Positions 27,422-38,846 of a stretch of DNA of 62,200 bases are shown in pieces. How positions within the stretch are numbered: position 1 is the first letter of the stretch; the number at the start of each line of letters is the position of its first letter. The notes under the pieces are model-generated. The model did no database searches. It had not been told where the DNA came from and worked only from the letters and a program-made list of their open reading frames with translations. A program made the position numbers and the translations under genes. The DNA is from Parasitella parasitica NRRL 2501 (Eukaryota; Fungi; Mucoromycota), in NCBI GenBank assembly GCA_025201805.1, contig MU619341.1:52566-114765 (forward strand). Reading direction: 5' to 3'.

Positions 27422-28563
27422 CGTGAGAATGCTGAATTTAGTGTTGACGACCTCTTTATCTCGTCCTGTTCTGACATGGAGATGGGAGTATTTGACCCAC
27501 TGCTTGATAAAACGGGAGTATTCGCTCCACTGTTAATCAGCCTCCTTTTGGCCAAAAAATTGCCAACGACCAATTCAGCACCAAACAAACTAGCAAAGTC
27601 TGTAATAAAGTTATGGCTCTGGTTCTCCCACATTTCTAAATGGTCAATCACTGTAGATCTCACTCTTTCGATGTTCAGTTTTGTTTTGATTTGCTGTTCT
27701 TTGAGAAACGAAATGTTCAGATCTTTAGCAGATACGCCGCGCTCTAGATTTCTTCTGAGGAATTTGTCATAATCACGCACAATACGAGTGATCATGTCTG
27801 ACGTCGAGATGCCGTCTGTACGTTTGGTGGGTAAGAATTTTCCTTGGGACTTTACAAAAGCATACACATCTCCAGACTCGGAAGATTGGTAAGGTTCAGC
27901 GTCATGTGCTACATAGTCTATTTGATGCTCATCTAAGAACTCCTGTGCAACAAACCATGGTGCTGCTTCGATTACTTGGTCCACCCATTTGCAATGACGC
28001 ACCGCTTCATAGCGTTCGACATCGGTCATCACTGTCCTGCCTTTTCTCTTGTGAGTTTCCTCGTCGTTACACACTATGTTCAATGGTTAATCCTCGACAA
28101 TTATTGTGGACATGTGTCTTCAAACATTCAAACATGACGAACCTCCGACTAGTAGATGGACATTTGGAAATGCCCTCTTGGCTTGCTCGAGTGCCTTGGC
28201 ATGGCCAAAATGAAACATGTCGTATATGCCGTCGCAATAAATTCTGACGGGTCTATCTGTCGGTGGCTATGCATCAAATATGGTTAGCGCAAAATGTACC
28301 AGCAATGTTGACATACAACATAAACAACCGGTACCTGATTTATCTTGAAATCGAATCCTTGGGGCAACCGACACGAGTTTAGGTCATCCTCTTCAACATG
28401 GTTCATGACTGAAATGTCCGAATGGGTTCTTTTTAGATTGGGCGAAGCTACAGGCGTCGGAAAGTCTTGTAATTTGCGGAAATGTGTTAGCAGATGTTTG
28501 TCGTTGATGCGTGCCCCAATTCCTTGAAAAACAGACATTACCTTTTATGGTATTTTTCGACAT
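27418..28563 (-). CDS. PCT1: Choline-phosphate cytidylyltransferase (CCT), 4 exons
   Basis: [30 protein letters not shown] (HxGH), [37 protein letters not shown]. Confidence 0.95.
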
Positions 28564-28860
28564 GATTGCAGCACTTTATGAAACTGCTTTGAATTGGACC
28601 GAATTTTTTTTGTAAAGAAAGAGCGAGAGAAAGAGAGAGAGAAAAGAAAAGAAAAGAAAAGAAAAGGATGTCCTTGGATGTTTTTGCCAGATATATAGCA
28701 TCATTTGTTTCTTGTTCAAGATGAGGTTTCGCCATCTAACCAGTCACGAGCGTCTCCCAACATAAATTGGGGTTGGGAACATGTCTTTTGGAGTTTATCT
28801 TTTTCCGCCTGGGATATAGAGAATCCAAGAGAAACACTATTATTCTGGTTTATATGCAAC

Positions 28861-30494
28861 ATGCTGTATAACATTTGGTAATAATAATAATAATAAAAAA
28901 AAGAGGCTTAAATTAGGCTCACAACCCAAGAATTAAACTTGTATTTTAGCATGGCATCTGACTTTTTTTACCCGAATATGGGTGGAGTGGAAAGCCACTT
29001 GTACGAGCTTTCTCAGAGATTGATTCAAAGGGGCCATAAGGTGATAATAGTAACGCACGCGTATGGAAACCGAACTGGCGTGCGCTATCTAACCAATGGC
29101 CTGAAAGTGTACTACGTCCCAACAAAAGAGATTTACTCTGCTGCAACATTGCCTACGATCTACGGGTTTTTCCCGCTCTTCCGAAACATACTGATTCGAG
29201 AGTCCATCCAGATAGTTCATGGGCATGGCGCCTTTTCATCGCTGTGCCACGAAGCTATCATACACAGCAAAACCATGGGATTAAAAGCCGTTTTTACTGA
29301 TCACTCGTTGTTTGGATTTGCTGACGCATCGTCCATTCTAACAAACAAACTGCTAAAATTTTCGCTGAGCGATGTGGACCATGTAATTTGCGTATCGCAT
29401 ACTAGGTAAGAAACCATGCCCTGGGCGTTTGTATCTATGCCACAAGCCTATTAACAGCAAGGTGGTGGTGGTGGTGGTGGTAGCAAGGAAAACACAGTGC
29501 TACGAGCAGCGCTATCGCCGAGACATGTGTCTGTTATACCCAATGCCGTTGTCGCATCGCAGTTCTTGCCAGATCCCACAGCACCCGATCCCAATTGGAT
29601 TACAATTGTCGTCATTAGTCGACTTGTATATAGAAAGGGCGTTGATTTGTTGATTGCAATCATCCCACGCATATGTGAAATGTACAAGCATGTGCGATTT
29701 ATTATTGGAGGGGATGGACCTAAACGCATTGATCTGGAGCAGATGCGAGAAAAACATTTACTGCATGATCGAGTCGAATTACTGGGTCCAATTAAGCACC
29801 ACGAAGTTCGGAATGTTCTAATTCAGGGCAATATTTTTTTGAATACAAGTCTAACGGAAGCGTTCTGTATTGCCATAGTGGAGGCAGCCTGTGCGGGGTG
29901 AGTGGACGACGCCGATATTCGTGTGTTTGCCCGCGTAGCTGACATTTTGCTTGCTTGTGTAGACTGTTGGTTGTCAGCACAAAGGTCGGCGGCGTACCTG
30001 AAGTATTGCCCAGTCATATGATCAACTATGCAGGCCCCGAGGAAGATGATCTTGTCATAGCTGTGTCAAAGTCCATCCACCAGTACAGGTTTGGCAAAAT
30101 AGACACCAGTCTGTTCAACGACCAGCTCAAGGAAATGTACAACTGGTCCAATGTGGCCGAGAGAACCGAAAAAGTGTATGGGTTCGTATACCAAATGAAA
30201 AACTCGCCCTTGATTGAGAGACTAAGACGGTATTATGGCTGCGGTGTGTATGCTGGAAAGATATTCTGCATGGTGATCGCACTAGATTATCTCATCTGGA
30301 GATTCTTGGAATGGTTGTTTCCAGTGGAATCTGTAGAAAAAGCGCCAATGTTCCCATACAAGAAATATCGACACTATTTCCAAAAAAGAAACAGCCCTTA
30401 TAATAATAGTAACAACAACATTATTCAGCAGACACTCCTCGAAGAAGTAGAAGAACAAGAAGAAGAAGAACAAGATCTAGATTTTCCTTTTTGA
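28861..30494 (+). CDS. GPI3: GPI-GlcNAc transferase catalytic subunit (PIG-A/Gpi3), 4 exons
   Basis: [66 protein letters not shown]. Confidence 0.96.
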
Positions 30495-30533
30495 GATTCA
30501 CCGATCTTGTACATCTTAGAAAGGAAATTCTCT

Positions 30534-31322
30534 TTATTTTTCATTTTGGCCGACAATAAATAGCTGTCGAGCAGCCAAATAAGCGCTCAGCGATAAGTCT
30601 AACCATCTTGTTGCGTTCTGATGTGTGTGAAGTGGCGGCTTTGTCACCCATTCGCACATCAGCTTCCACACTTGCACTAAATACTCTGTCATTTGAATCT
30701 GGCCAAACAGTATCTTTAGCAGTTTGTCTCTGAATTCGTCCACAAGGATTGATTTTCCCAGCTTCATGTCCACTTGCAACTGTTCAAATTCATACAGCAG
30801 CAGCTTTGGCGCATCGTCTTTGATAGTGATTCTGTCGCAGTATCGCATCAGCTCCACAAACACTCTACAAAGCCAAGAGGGTGGAGGGGCAGGCGTCAAC
30901 GGGTTTAATGGGGTATTTTGTTGCTCTGTCTCTTGCTCTTGCTCTCCTTGCTCGTCTTGGTCCTCCTCGTCCTCGTCCTCGTCTTCATCTTTGTCACCAT
31001 CACCATCGCCATGGTCCTCCTCCTCTTGGTAATCGTCCTCCTCATCATCGTCACTGCTGCTACTGCTGTGTATAAAGTCTTCAGTGAGAGGCGGTAGTGG
31101 CAGATGGTGGTGGTAGTGGTGGTGGTGGTGGTGGTGGTGGTGGTATTGGAATCTGCCTGGATCCTCATGTAGCATTTCAGCTAATTCGCTGTAGTTTTGA
31201 CAGTGTCTTGGTTTAATGTTATTTTGCAGCCGATAGATTTCATTCTTGATCCATTCGTCCATTGTCACCACGGTACCAGAAATCAGGTCGTTCAGCTTTA
31301 CGACAGGTGGAGCAAAATTCAT
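30534..31322 (-). CDS. Hypothetical protein with poly-His and Asp/Glu tracts; may have an upstream exon
   Basis: Long ORF with a helical-looking C-terminal domain; no family recognised. Confidence 0.65.
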   Translation of the reverse strand: MNFAPPVVKLNDLISGTVVTMDEWIKNEIYRLQNNIKPRHCQNYSELAEMLHEDPGRFQYHHHHHHHHHYHHHLPLPPLTEDFIHSSSSSDDDEEDDYQEEEDHGDGDGDKDEDEDEDEEDQDEQGEQEQETEQQNTPLNPLTPAPPPSWLCRVFVELMRYCDRITIKDDAPKLLLYEFEQLQVDMKLGKSILVDEFRDKLLKILFGQIQMTEYLVQVWKLMCEWVTKPPLHTHQNATRWLDLSLSAYLAARQLFIVGQNEK

Positions 31323-31771
31323 TCTAATAATCGTTTGTTTGTTCAAGTGAGGAAACAGAAATTAAATTGTGTATCCCCTTTCTCTTTTATACTAGTTTTT
31401 TTTTTTTTTTTTTTTATCTCCCAGCTAGCTTAGCCCTCGCGGCTTGCTTCGCCTCGTTTTTTGTGTTTATGTCTTGTACGCCCATCTTGTACGCTCTTTC
31501 CGTGATCTACAAGTGGTGTCTGCTGCAAGGTCGCAGTCATTGGCCCTGGCCATGGCTAAAAAGGACATAGAGTGCAATCTCGATACGGTCATGATTTCAT
31601 AAATACCATATTTTAAAGGTGACAACGTCGTGTTATAGGAGACATACAATAATAACACTGTGTACAATTAAAAGTTATTTTGCAAATGGACTAAATGCCA
31701 ATAAAGTTGGTTTTCAATTTCGCTTTCTTTTCCATTCTTTGGTATTTTCATTCATTCTTCCAATACGCTGC

Positions 31772-33453
31772 ATGGCATCTAAAGGTATATAAATCAACCA
31801 GCGATAATCCAGACTACCCCCATTGAATTTTATTGAATGCAGACGTTCTTGATCAGATTCGTGATTTGCAGTCATTCATAGACGACTTTGCTGCAGAAGG
31901 TAAGGTTCAAAATCAGTATATCAGTATATCAGTAGTATAAATGTCGGAAAATTTACATCCGGCTCAATATTGTAGCAGGTACAAACAGCGTACCAGGTAC
32001 ACCGACATCGATTGAAAACAACGATGAGAAAACAGAGATAGAGCCACCAATGATTCTTCAGAAACCAGACGAAAAGACGGCTGAGCCAGCAAGAGATCAA
32101 GACCACGATAAAACACTGGTTGAGAAGCCTGAAGGTCCAGCAAAAGTAGATACAGAACCCCTTTCGATTTTATCCTATGATTTGAATTTATCCGACGATT
32201 TCTCATCGCTAGTAGATCAGTTCAAGGACCTAAAAGTATCTCCCATCGAAATCAAAAAACTGCAACAGCAGGATATATTCAACGACTTGGTCGTCAAAAT
32301 GGAGGAAGAGAAAGTGCAAGTAGAGCCAGTTCTCATCTCTGTTACTGACAAGAAACCGCCGCTTTCTGTTACAACTACGAGATCAAGAAGAACCTCCGCT
32401 TCTAGCAAAAGATCTCAGAAGTCACCCAAGAGCTCGAAAAGTTCTAGAAGACTGCATAATGAGAAGAAGCATCTCAAACATCAACAGCCGCCTTCAGCAG
32501 CAACAGCAACAGCAGCAGCAGCAGCAGCAATAACAACAACACCGCCTCCATCGCGACCACCTCAGCAACAAAAATACATTGAAAGATCACTGGATGAAAT
32601 GATGCGTATTCCTGACATCTACGAAAGATTGGCATTTTATGAGAAAACCTTGGACCTATGTCTAAAAGCGGATTCACCGATCGCATCTTGGTGTACATCG
32701 AATGCGAAAAAGGGAAAGCCCGCGCCTTTATTAGAAGGTTACGTTCCACCGGCAAGACTCCTATCCCCCGAATTGCCACAACACAGTGATTTTGGAAGCA
32801 TGAGCTCGACATTTAGCGAGTCGATATCCATGTTTTTAAAGAAGGCAACCATCAGCACACCCTCAGCCTCCAAGCGATACTTGGCAATGGACAACAACGG
32901 CTACGGAACACCCTATGTCCAGAGTAGTAACAGTAGTAGTATTTTTGGTAGATCTATTAGCCGTTTAAGTTTATCACGATCCACACAGGTTCCTCGGTAT
33001 GATCATACAACGTCCTCACCATCGACACACAGGTTCTATACTAAAAACAAGATATACAACAACAAGTCGTCTCTGCAGCAGCAGCAGCAGATGCAGCAGA
33101 TGCAGCAAGGGCTACCACCGCTCTCTATTGACTATTCGTCGTCGTCCTCTACGTACATAGCAACACCAAGGTCAACTTCAAGCACGCCAACGTCTTTTGG
33201 AAGCACTTCGTCAGTAAACAGTCGGGGAGAATCAACTGTAATCAACCCAGAGCTGGCTTACATGATGAATGTACTACCTCAAATTGATATGCGCATCTTG
33301 CAAAATGCCTTGAACGAAGCCAAAGGAGATCCGATGGTGGCCATTTCCATTGCTGTAAGTGCTAGTAAACAGCGCTTCAACGAGTTGAATTCGCCCGGTG
33401 GCGCTTTCAAATCAACTAAATCTCGCGGCAAGCGATACACTAACAAAGCTTAG
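31772..33453 (+). CDS. Ser-rich protein with C-terminal CUE-like ubiquitin-binding domain, 3 exons
   Basis: MASK-DVLDQIRDLQSFIDDFAAE-G splices into the 467-aa ORF; C-terminal LAYMMNVLPQIDMRILQNALNEAKGDPMVAISI fits CUE. Confidence 0.7.
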
Positions 33454-33608
33454 TGTGGGCGATTGCCTTTTGCGGAAGCTCAGATGGAGTTCACAAAAAT
33501 ATCATATTACAATATTTATACTCTAATTACACGAACAACTTTGCCCTTTCCACGCAATTACCTTTTTTTTATTCCTTTCTTCCCAACACTATCCCACTGC
33601 AACCAAAC

Positions 33609-33642
<34 letters not shown>

Positions 33643-33687
33643 CCTTCTCCATTTTAAATAATAAACATTACCTAAAAGCACTAGCAA

Positions 33688-35249
33688 ATGTCCTCTGAAC
33701 GGCTTACGTCGTACCTAGTTTTCGTTGTCGTCTCCATACTATTGGTAAGCCTAGTTTCTTTATGTGGCTAAACAAAACATAGTGTGATTAACATGGCACG
33801 ACACAAAAGGCCGCTTTTCAGTACGGATATCATAACGGCGAACTCAACACACCACAGCAAGTCATCTCCAAATGCGCCAATACAAACACAGTGGGCCTGC
33901 CCCAATGTATACCCATGCCTGATTCTCAATATGCGCTTGTCGTCTCTATCCTCACTGCAGGCGGGCTGGTAGGCGCACTCGCCGCTCCATTTTTCAATGA
34001 CAGGTACGGCCGTCGGCTAACCTTGTTTGGCACCAACGGCTTTCTGGGCATAGGCTCATTGATTACTACGTTGGCAACCACGCCGCATACTATGATGTTG
34101 GGTCGGTTTCTGTCTGGCGTAGGCAGTGGTGTTGTTACAGTAGTTGTACCGGCCTACATTGCTGAATGTGTGCCGAAATCTCGCCGTGGATTCTTTGGTG
34201 CCCTGAATCAATTAGCCATCGTCATTGGCATCATGGCCGCACAGATAATCAGTCTTGCATGGTCGACGCTGACTAAATGGAGGTATATTTTGGCAATGGG
34301 TGTACTGCTTGCTGTTCTTCAGTCTTGTCTGCTACCCTTCTGCGTTGAATCGCCACGCTATTTAGCTTCGTTGCCTGGGGGATTCAATAGGGCAAAACTC
34401 TCCCTGTTAAGGTTAAGAAGTGCTTCGATAGATCAAGTGGAAGATGAAATCAATGAATGGCGCAGAGACTGGGCCAGCAACGCTCAGGATCAACAGGCTG
34501 CCATTTTTGAGCGCCAAGAAGCAGAAGATGATGCTGAGACGCCTTTAAATGGAAATGCAGCAGGAGCACCAACATCCAAAGTAAACGTCTACAAATTCTT
34601 GACTGCACCTTACTACCGGAGGCCTCTTTTTATCATTGTTCTATTACAGCTGGCACAACAGCTTTCTGGCATCAATGCCGTGATATTCTACTCAACATCC
34701 ATTATGTCCACTGTATTCCCAGACTCTGGCGGCGTTATCACTGTATACATTTCCATAGTTAACCTTATTGTCACTACCATATCCGCAGCTTTGATGGATA
34801 AAGTCGGTCGTCGCAGCCTGTTTCTTGTCTCTGCCTCTCTCATGGCTTCTATGAGTATGCTGCTGGGTTGGAGTATCTCGTATGGCTTTGATAAGACTTC
34901 TGTCGCTGCTATTCTTGGCTTTGTCGCTTCGTTTGCTATCGGCATCGGCCCCATTCCATTCTTGATGATACCCGAGCTTGTCGAAACTCCTGCTGTCAGT
35001 AGCGCATGTTCTGTAGGCTTGGCGTCCAATATGATATCTAATTTTGCAGTGTCTGCTGGATTCTTGCAGCTTCGAAATATCATGGGACAAGGGCAAGTGT
35101 TTTATTTGTTTGGGTTGTGTTTGGCCGTACTGGTTACTGTTGCTGTCATGATTTTGCCGGAAACCAAAGGGCGAAGTGCTGAGGATGTGATTCGGTCTGG
35201 TTATTCCATTTACCCTTGCAATTATGAGCATATTGCAACTGCTGACTAA
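33688..35249 (+). CDS. MFS sugar porter (Vps73/YBR241C-like), 2 exons
   Basis: FQYGYHNGELNTPQ, DRYGRR, GRFLSGVGSG, YIAECVP, ESPRYL, QQLSGINAVIFYS, DKVGRR, PETKG. Confidence 0.92.
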
Positions 35250-35990
35250 AGTGAGGGCAATAGAGACAAAGAGAGAGAGAGAGAGAGGGAGGGGATGCTC
35301 TCATTTAGTTGTTTATGTACATACATACATAAAACTGTTTTTATTTTTTATTTTCATTTTTGCTGTCATATACCTGACGATTTTTCAATTTAAATGGTTC
35401 GCCTTTGTACAAAAGAGCTAATTGACAGTAAAAAGAAAACCTCTTTTTGACATATATGTAGGACAGTATTTATTTCATTCAACAGATGGAACTAAATGAT
35501 GTAGAAGTCTTTAAGGTCATATTTTACAGCGTCTTGGCTATCGACAACAATAAAAAATGCGCATAATCGTAGAATGTAACTTCTCATAAAGACCAGAAAA
35601 AACAAGATATGCTTTATATTTGTCTCATATACCGTAATGATTAGGGCTATCTGATAAACACTTTAATTTCACTGTATAAAGTGTGTATTTTTTTTTATTT
35701 TTTTTAAAAAAAACAGTTTTTCCTAGATGTTTAGCTACTTTCAACTAGATGCATCGTTTAGCCTTGATTTGTCGTAATAACTTTAAAGTCTTTCGAGACG
35801 GCCGGGTACGAAATCTTATCTGCAGAAATAGCTATAGCTTTTGCCAAATCAATATTTCGCATGGATCTGATGTATATTACATTTCGAATACGTTCGAGGA
35901 TTGACTGATATAAACATTATGGCCGAGGCAGATGGTAAATAATTTAATAATAGTATATATATATATATATATATATATATAATGCTTGGC

Positions 35991-37334
35991 TTAAAGCATA
36001 GTTGCATGAACAGTTCTATCATCCTCATCATGTTCTTGATTGTGATGAATACCAGTTCTTTCTCTTTCAAGGGCATAAAATTTTTCCAACTGAGCAGGAT
36101 CAATAGGATATGTATTTTGGGGAGCAGGGAATCGTCCAGTCTTGACATCCTCATGGTATTCTCTCAAAGCCGATGTTATGATCTTGTTTAGGTTGCAATA
36201 TTGTTTCGTGAATCTATAAAACAATGATTATTTAGTACCATCTTGAACGAGCATGCATTTACAGCAAGAAAAAATTACTTGGGCACAAATTTATCGAATA
36301 AACCTAGAGCGTCATTTTGAACTAGTACTTGGCCTGAACAATGCACACCAGCGCCAATACCGATGGTAGGGATTTTCAGCTGTTCTGTAATATAGCCGGC
36401 AATCTCAGCTGGAATAGCTTCGAGAACCATGCCAAAAGCACCAGCCTCCTGCACAGCAAATGCATCTTTTAATAGAGCACTGGCTTGCTTTGCGGTCTTG
36501 CCTTGAACTCTAAAGCCACCCAAAGCAGATTGTCTCTGTGGTGTCAAACCGATATGGGCTAATACTGGGATTCCGACTCTTGTGATTCTGCGAATAGTCT
36601 CTGCCATTTCAACACCACCTTCCAGTTTAACAGCCTGAAAACAATTAAAATAAAAAAATTAGCACATCTCGCATAGTGTTGGATGTATTGTACAGCTTAC
36701 GTCGCAATTGCCTTCCTTCATAAAGCGAAGGGAGACTCTAACAGCATCATCAGGGCTGGCTTCGTAACTGCCATAAGGTAAATCTGCTACAATAAAAGGA
36801 GCTTTTGCGCCCCTGGCAACTGCACGACAATGGTGAAGCATGTCCTGAATTTTTTCAATTTGTTTGTGTTAAATTATGATTTGTCATATGAAATAAACAA
36901 ATGATAATGCACCTCTACCGTGAGGGGGTTTGTAGAATCAAAACCCAAGCTGACCATTGCTAGAGAATCTCCAACGAGACATACGTCAATGCCAGACTGA
37001 TCAACGACTAGCCCTGAAGGATAGTCTTGAGCTGTCATCATTGAAATTGTCTCCTTTCTTTTGTACATGCTTTGTATAGTTTTAATCGATACTTTGGATC
37101 TTCCTACAAACCGCAATTATAAAGTGGGGTAAGTAAGTTTCAGTTACACAACTTTACATGAGAAATTTTACTTTGCGCAGCATTTGAATTTTCTACTGGT
37201 CTACTAGAGTAGTTTCTATGCTTATTCGTCTGGAAATTCGGCACAGCAACTAAAACTCTAGGCACTACTTGACCGACGCAGGATTGCTTGATGGACAGTA
37301 AACTTCTCAACGCTGTGCGGGATATAAGCGACAT
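35991..37334 (-). CDS. ECM31: Ketopantoate hydroxymethyltransferase (PanB/Ecm31), multi-exon, mitochondrial presequence
   Basis: [48 protein letters not shown]. Confidence 0.96.
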
Positions 37335-37681
37335 TGCAATTTGATTACTAAAGATAGAGAAACAGAGGGAAAAGAATGGAAGGAGTGGTTGACAGAAGTT
37401 GGTTTCTCTTTTTGTGCACAAAATTTTTTTTTTTTTGTCAGCTTTAATGATTTGTATGGTTTGGATGATTGATTATCGCTTTATTATTTAGACTCAGTGT
37501 GTTGCCAAAATATGTGATTTAGGAAGACCTTTTGAGCCTTCCAAAAGGTTAGAAAATATGAAGAAAGGGAACCAAATCCTTTATGGAAAATGAATATATA
37601 TATGTTACAAATATTAAGAAAATCTTAATTTCTACACGTAAATAGAAGGTATTTTTTTTTTTTTTTTCTTGAGTAAAATTA

Positions 37682-38671
37682 CTAGAATTCAATGTCGTCT
37701 TGAGCAAACATGCCGCCTAAAGCGACCTTTTCGCCTGTGCTGAAAGCTGGCATTCCCAAGTAGGGACATGTCGAGCATCTAAAGGCATCGCCCAGCGCAC
37801 AACTACCACATCCGCCAGTCTTTTTAGGTGCGGGATCGACTTGTACAATCTCATCTTCAATATCGTCCATCAAATCCAATGAAACAACGTTATTTGACTC
37901 CTTCTCTTCCTCCTCTGCCCTTCCACATGTGCAATTTTTACAGGCTTTTCTCTTTCCGTCAGTCAATTCGCAATCATCAGGTCGAGTCAAAGAGGCTTTG
38001 CTTGGTTTTATCTTATCTTGTTCATCTAATAAAGCATCTTCGTCTTCGAGGTCATCAGCAGCAAGCGCAGTCCAAACAGCCTTCTTTGTGGCATTCTTCT
38101 TTTTACCAAAATTCAAGGCCATCTTTTGTCCAACTTCATAGGCAGGCTTCTTTGCTTCAATATGAGCAATGCCAAATTTACCTGTTAATCGACCCACACC
38201 TTGCTCAACCTTTGTTGTGCCCCACAAACGAAAATAGTCAGCCAGCATGTCATCAGAAACAGGGGCGACATTTGTCACTTTGACGTCTACGAAGCCTGCG
38301 AGCTTCAACATGGATTCTAAATCGGATGCTTTGCGGGTGATGGGACAGACAGTGTTTGCTAAATCAACAAGTAAAACGACTTCCTCCAGGACTAGACGAC
38401 CATCGGCAGCCAACGTAGTCAAATAGCGAGAGAACATGTTTGGTGTATGGGTAGAAACTGAGGGCGTGAATAAGTTTGAATAGATGACGTTGAAACTGGA
38501 TTTGTTCAAAGGAGCATCAGCTACTCTATCGATAACTTCAAATGCGGTTTGTCCAGTAGGGCCAACTGATTGTTCAGCGGATGATTTAACCTGAACAAAG
38601 GTGTTCTGATCAACTGAAGCAGGGGCCACAAATAAAACGTTCTCGCCAACAGAGAGTGTATCAAATGGCAT
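37682..38671 (-). CDS. DRE2: Fe-S cluster assembly protein Dre2/anamorsin
   Basis: C..RKACKNCTCG and GCGSCALGDAFRCSTCPYLGMPAF motifs after a methyltransferase-like N-domain. Confidence 0.96.
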   Translation of the reverse strand: MPFDTLSVGENVLFVAPASVDQNTFVQVKSSAEQSVGPTGQTAFEVIDRVADAPLNKSSFNVIYSNLFTPSVSTHTPNMFSRYLTTLAADGRLVLEEVVLLVDLANTVCPITRKASDLESMLKLAGFVDVKVTNVAPVSDDMLADYFRLWGTTKVEQGVGRLTGKFGIAHIEAKKPAYEVGQKMALNFGKKKNATKKAVWTALAADDLEDEDALLDEQDKIKPSKASLTRPDDCELTDGKRKACKNCTCGRAEEEEKESNNVVSLDLMDDIEDEIVQVDPAPKKTGGCGSCALGDAFRCSTCPYLGMPAFSTGEKVALGGMFAQDDIEF

Positions 38672-38846
38672 TGTGATTCAAATAATTTTGCAGTGTAAGT
38701 ATGTTAAAGAGAAAAGAAGAGCAAAAGGGAAAAAGCCAACAGGAATGAAAATTTTTATACGGTACGTGTCTGACAAATTGATAAGGGTATCGATTTTATT
38801 GGCGAAAAACATCTCTTTCCTATCAGGCTATCTTTTTTTAATTGGT

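Noticed and set aside
27418-38671. Possible functional cluster (CCT, PIG-A, sugar porter, Ecm31, Dre2)
   Set aside because: Unrelated housekeeping pathways; adjacency is explained by compact gene packing
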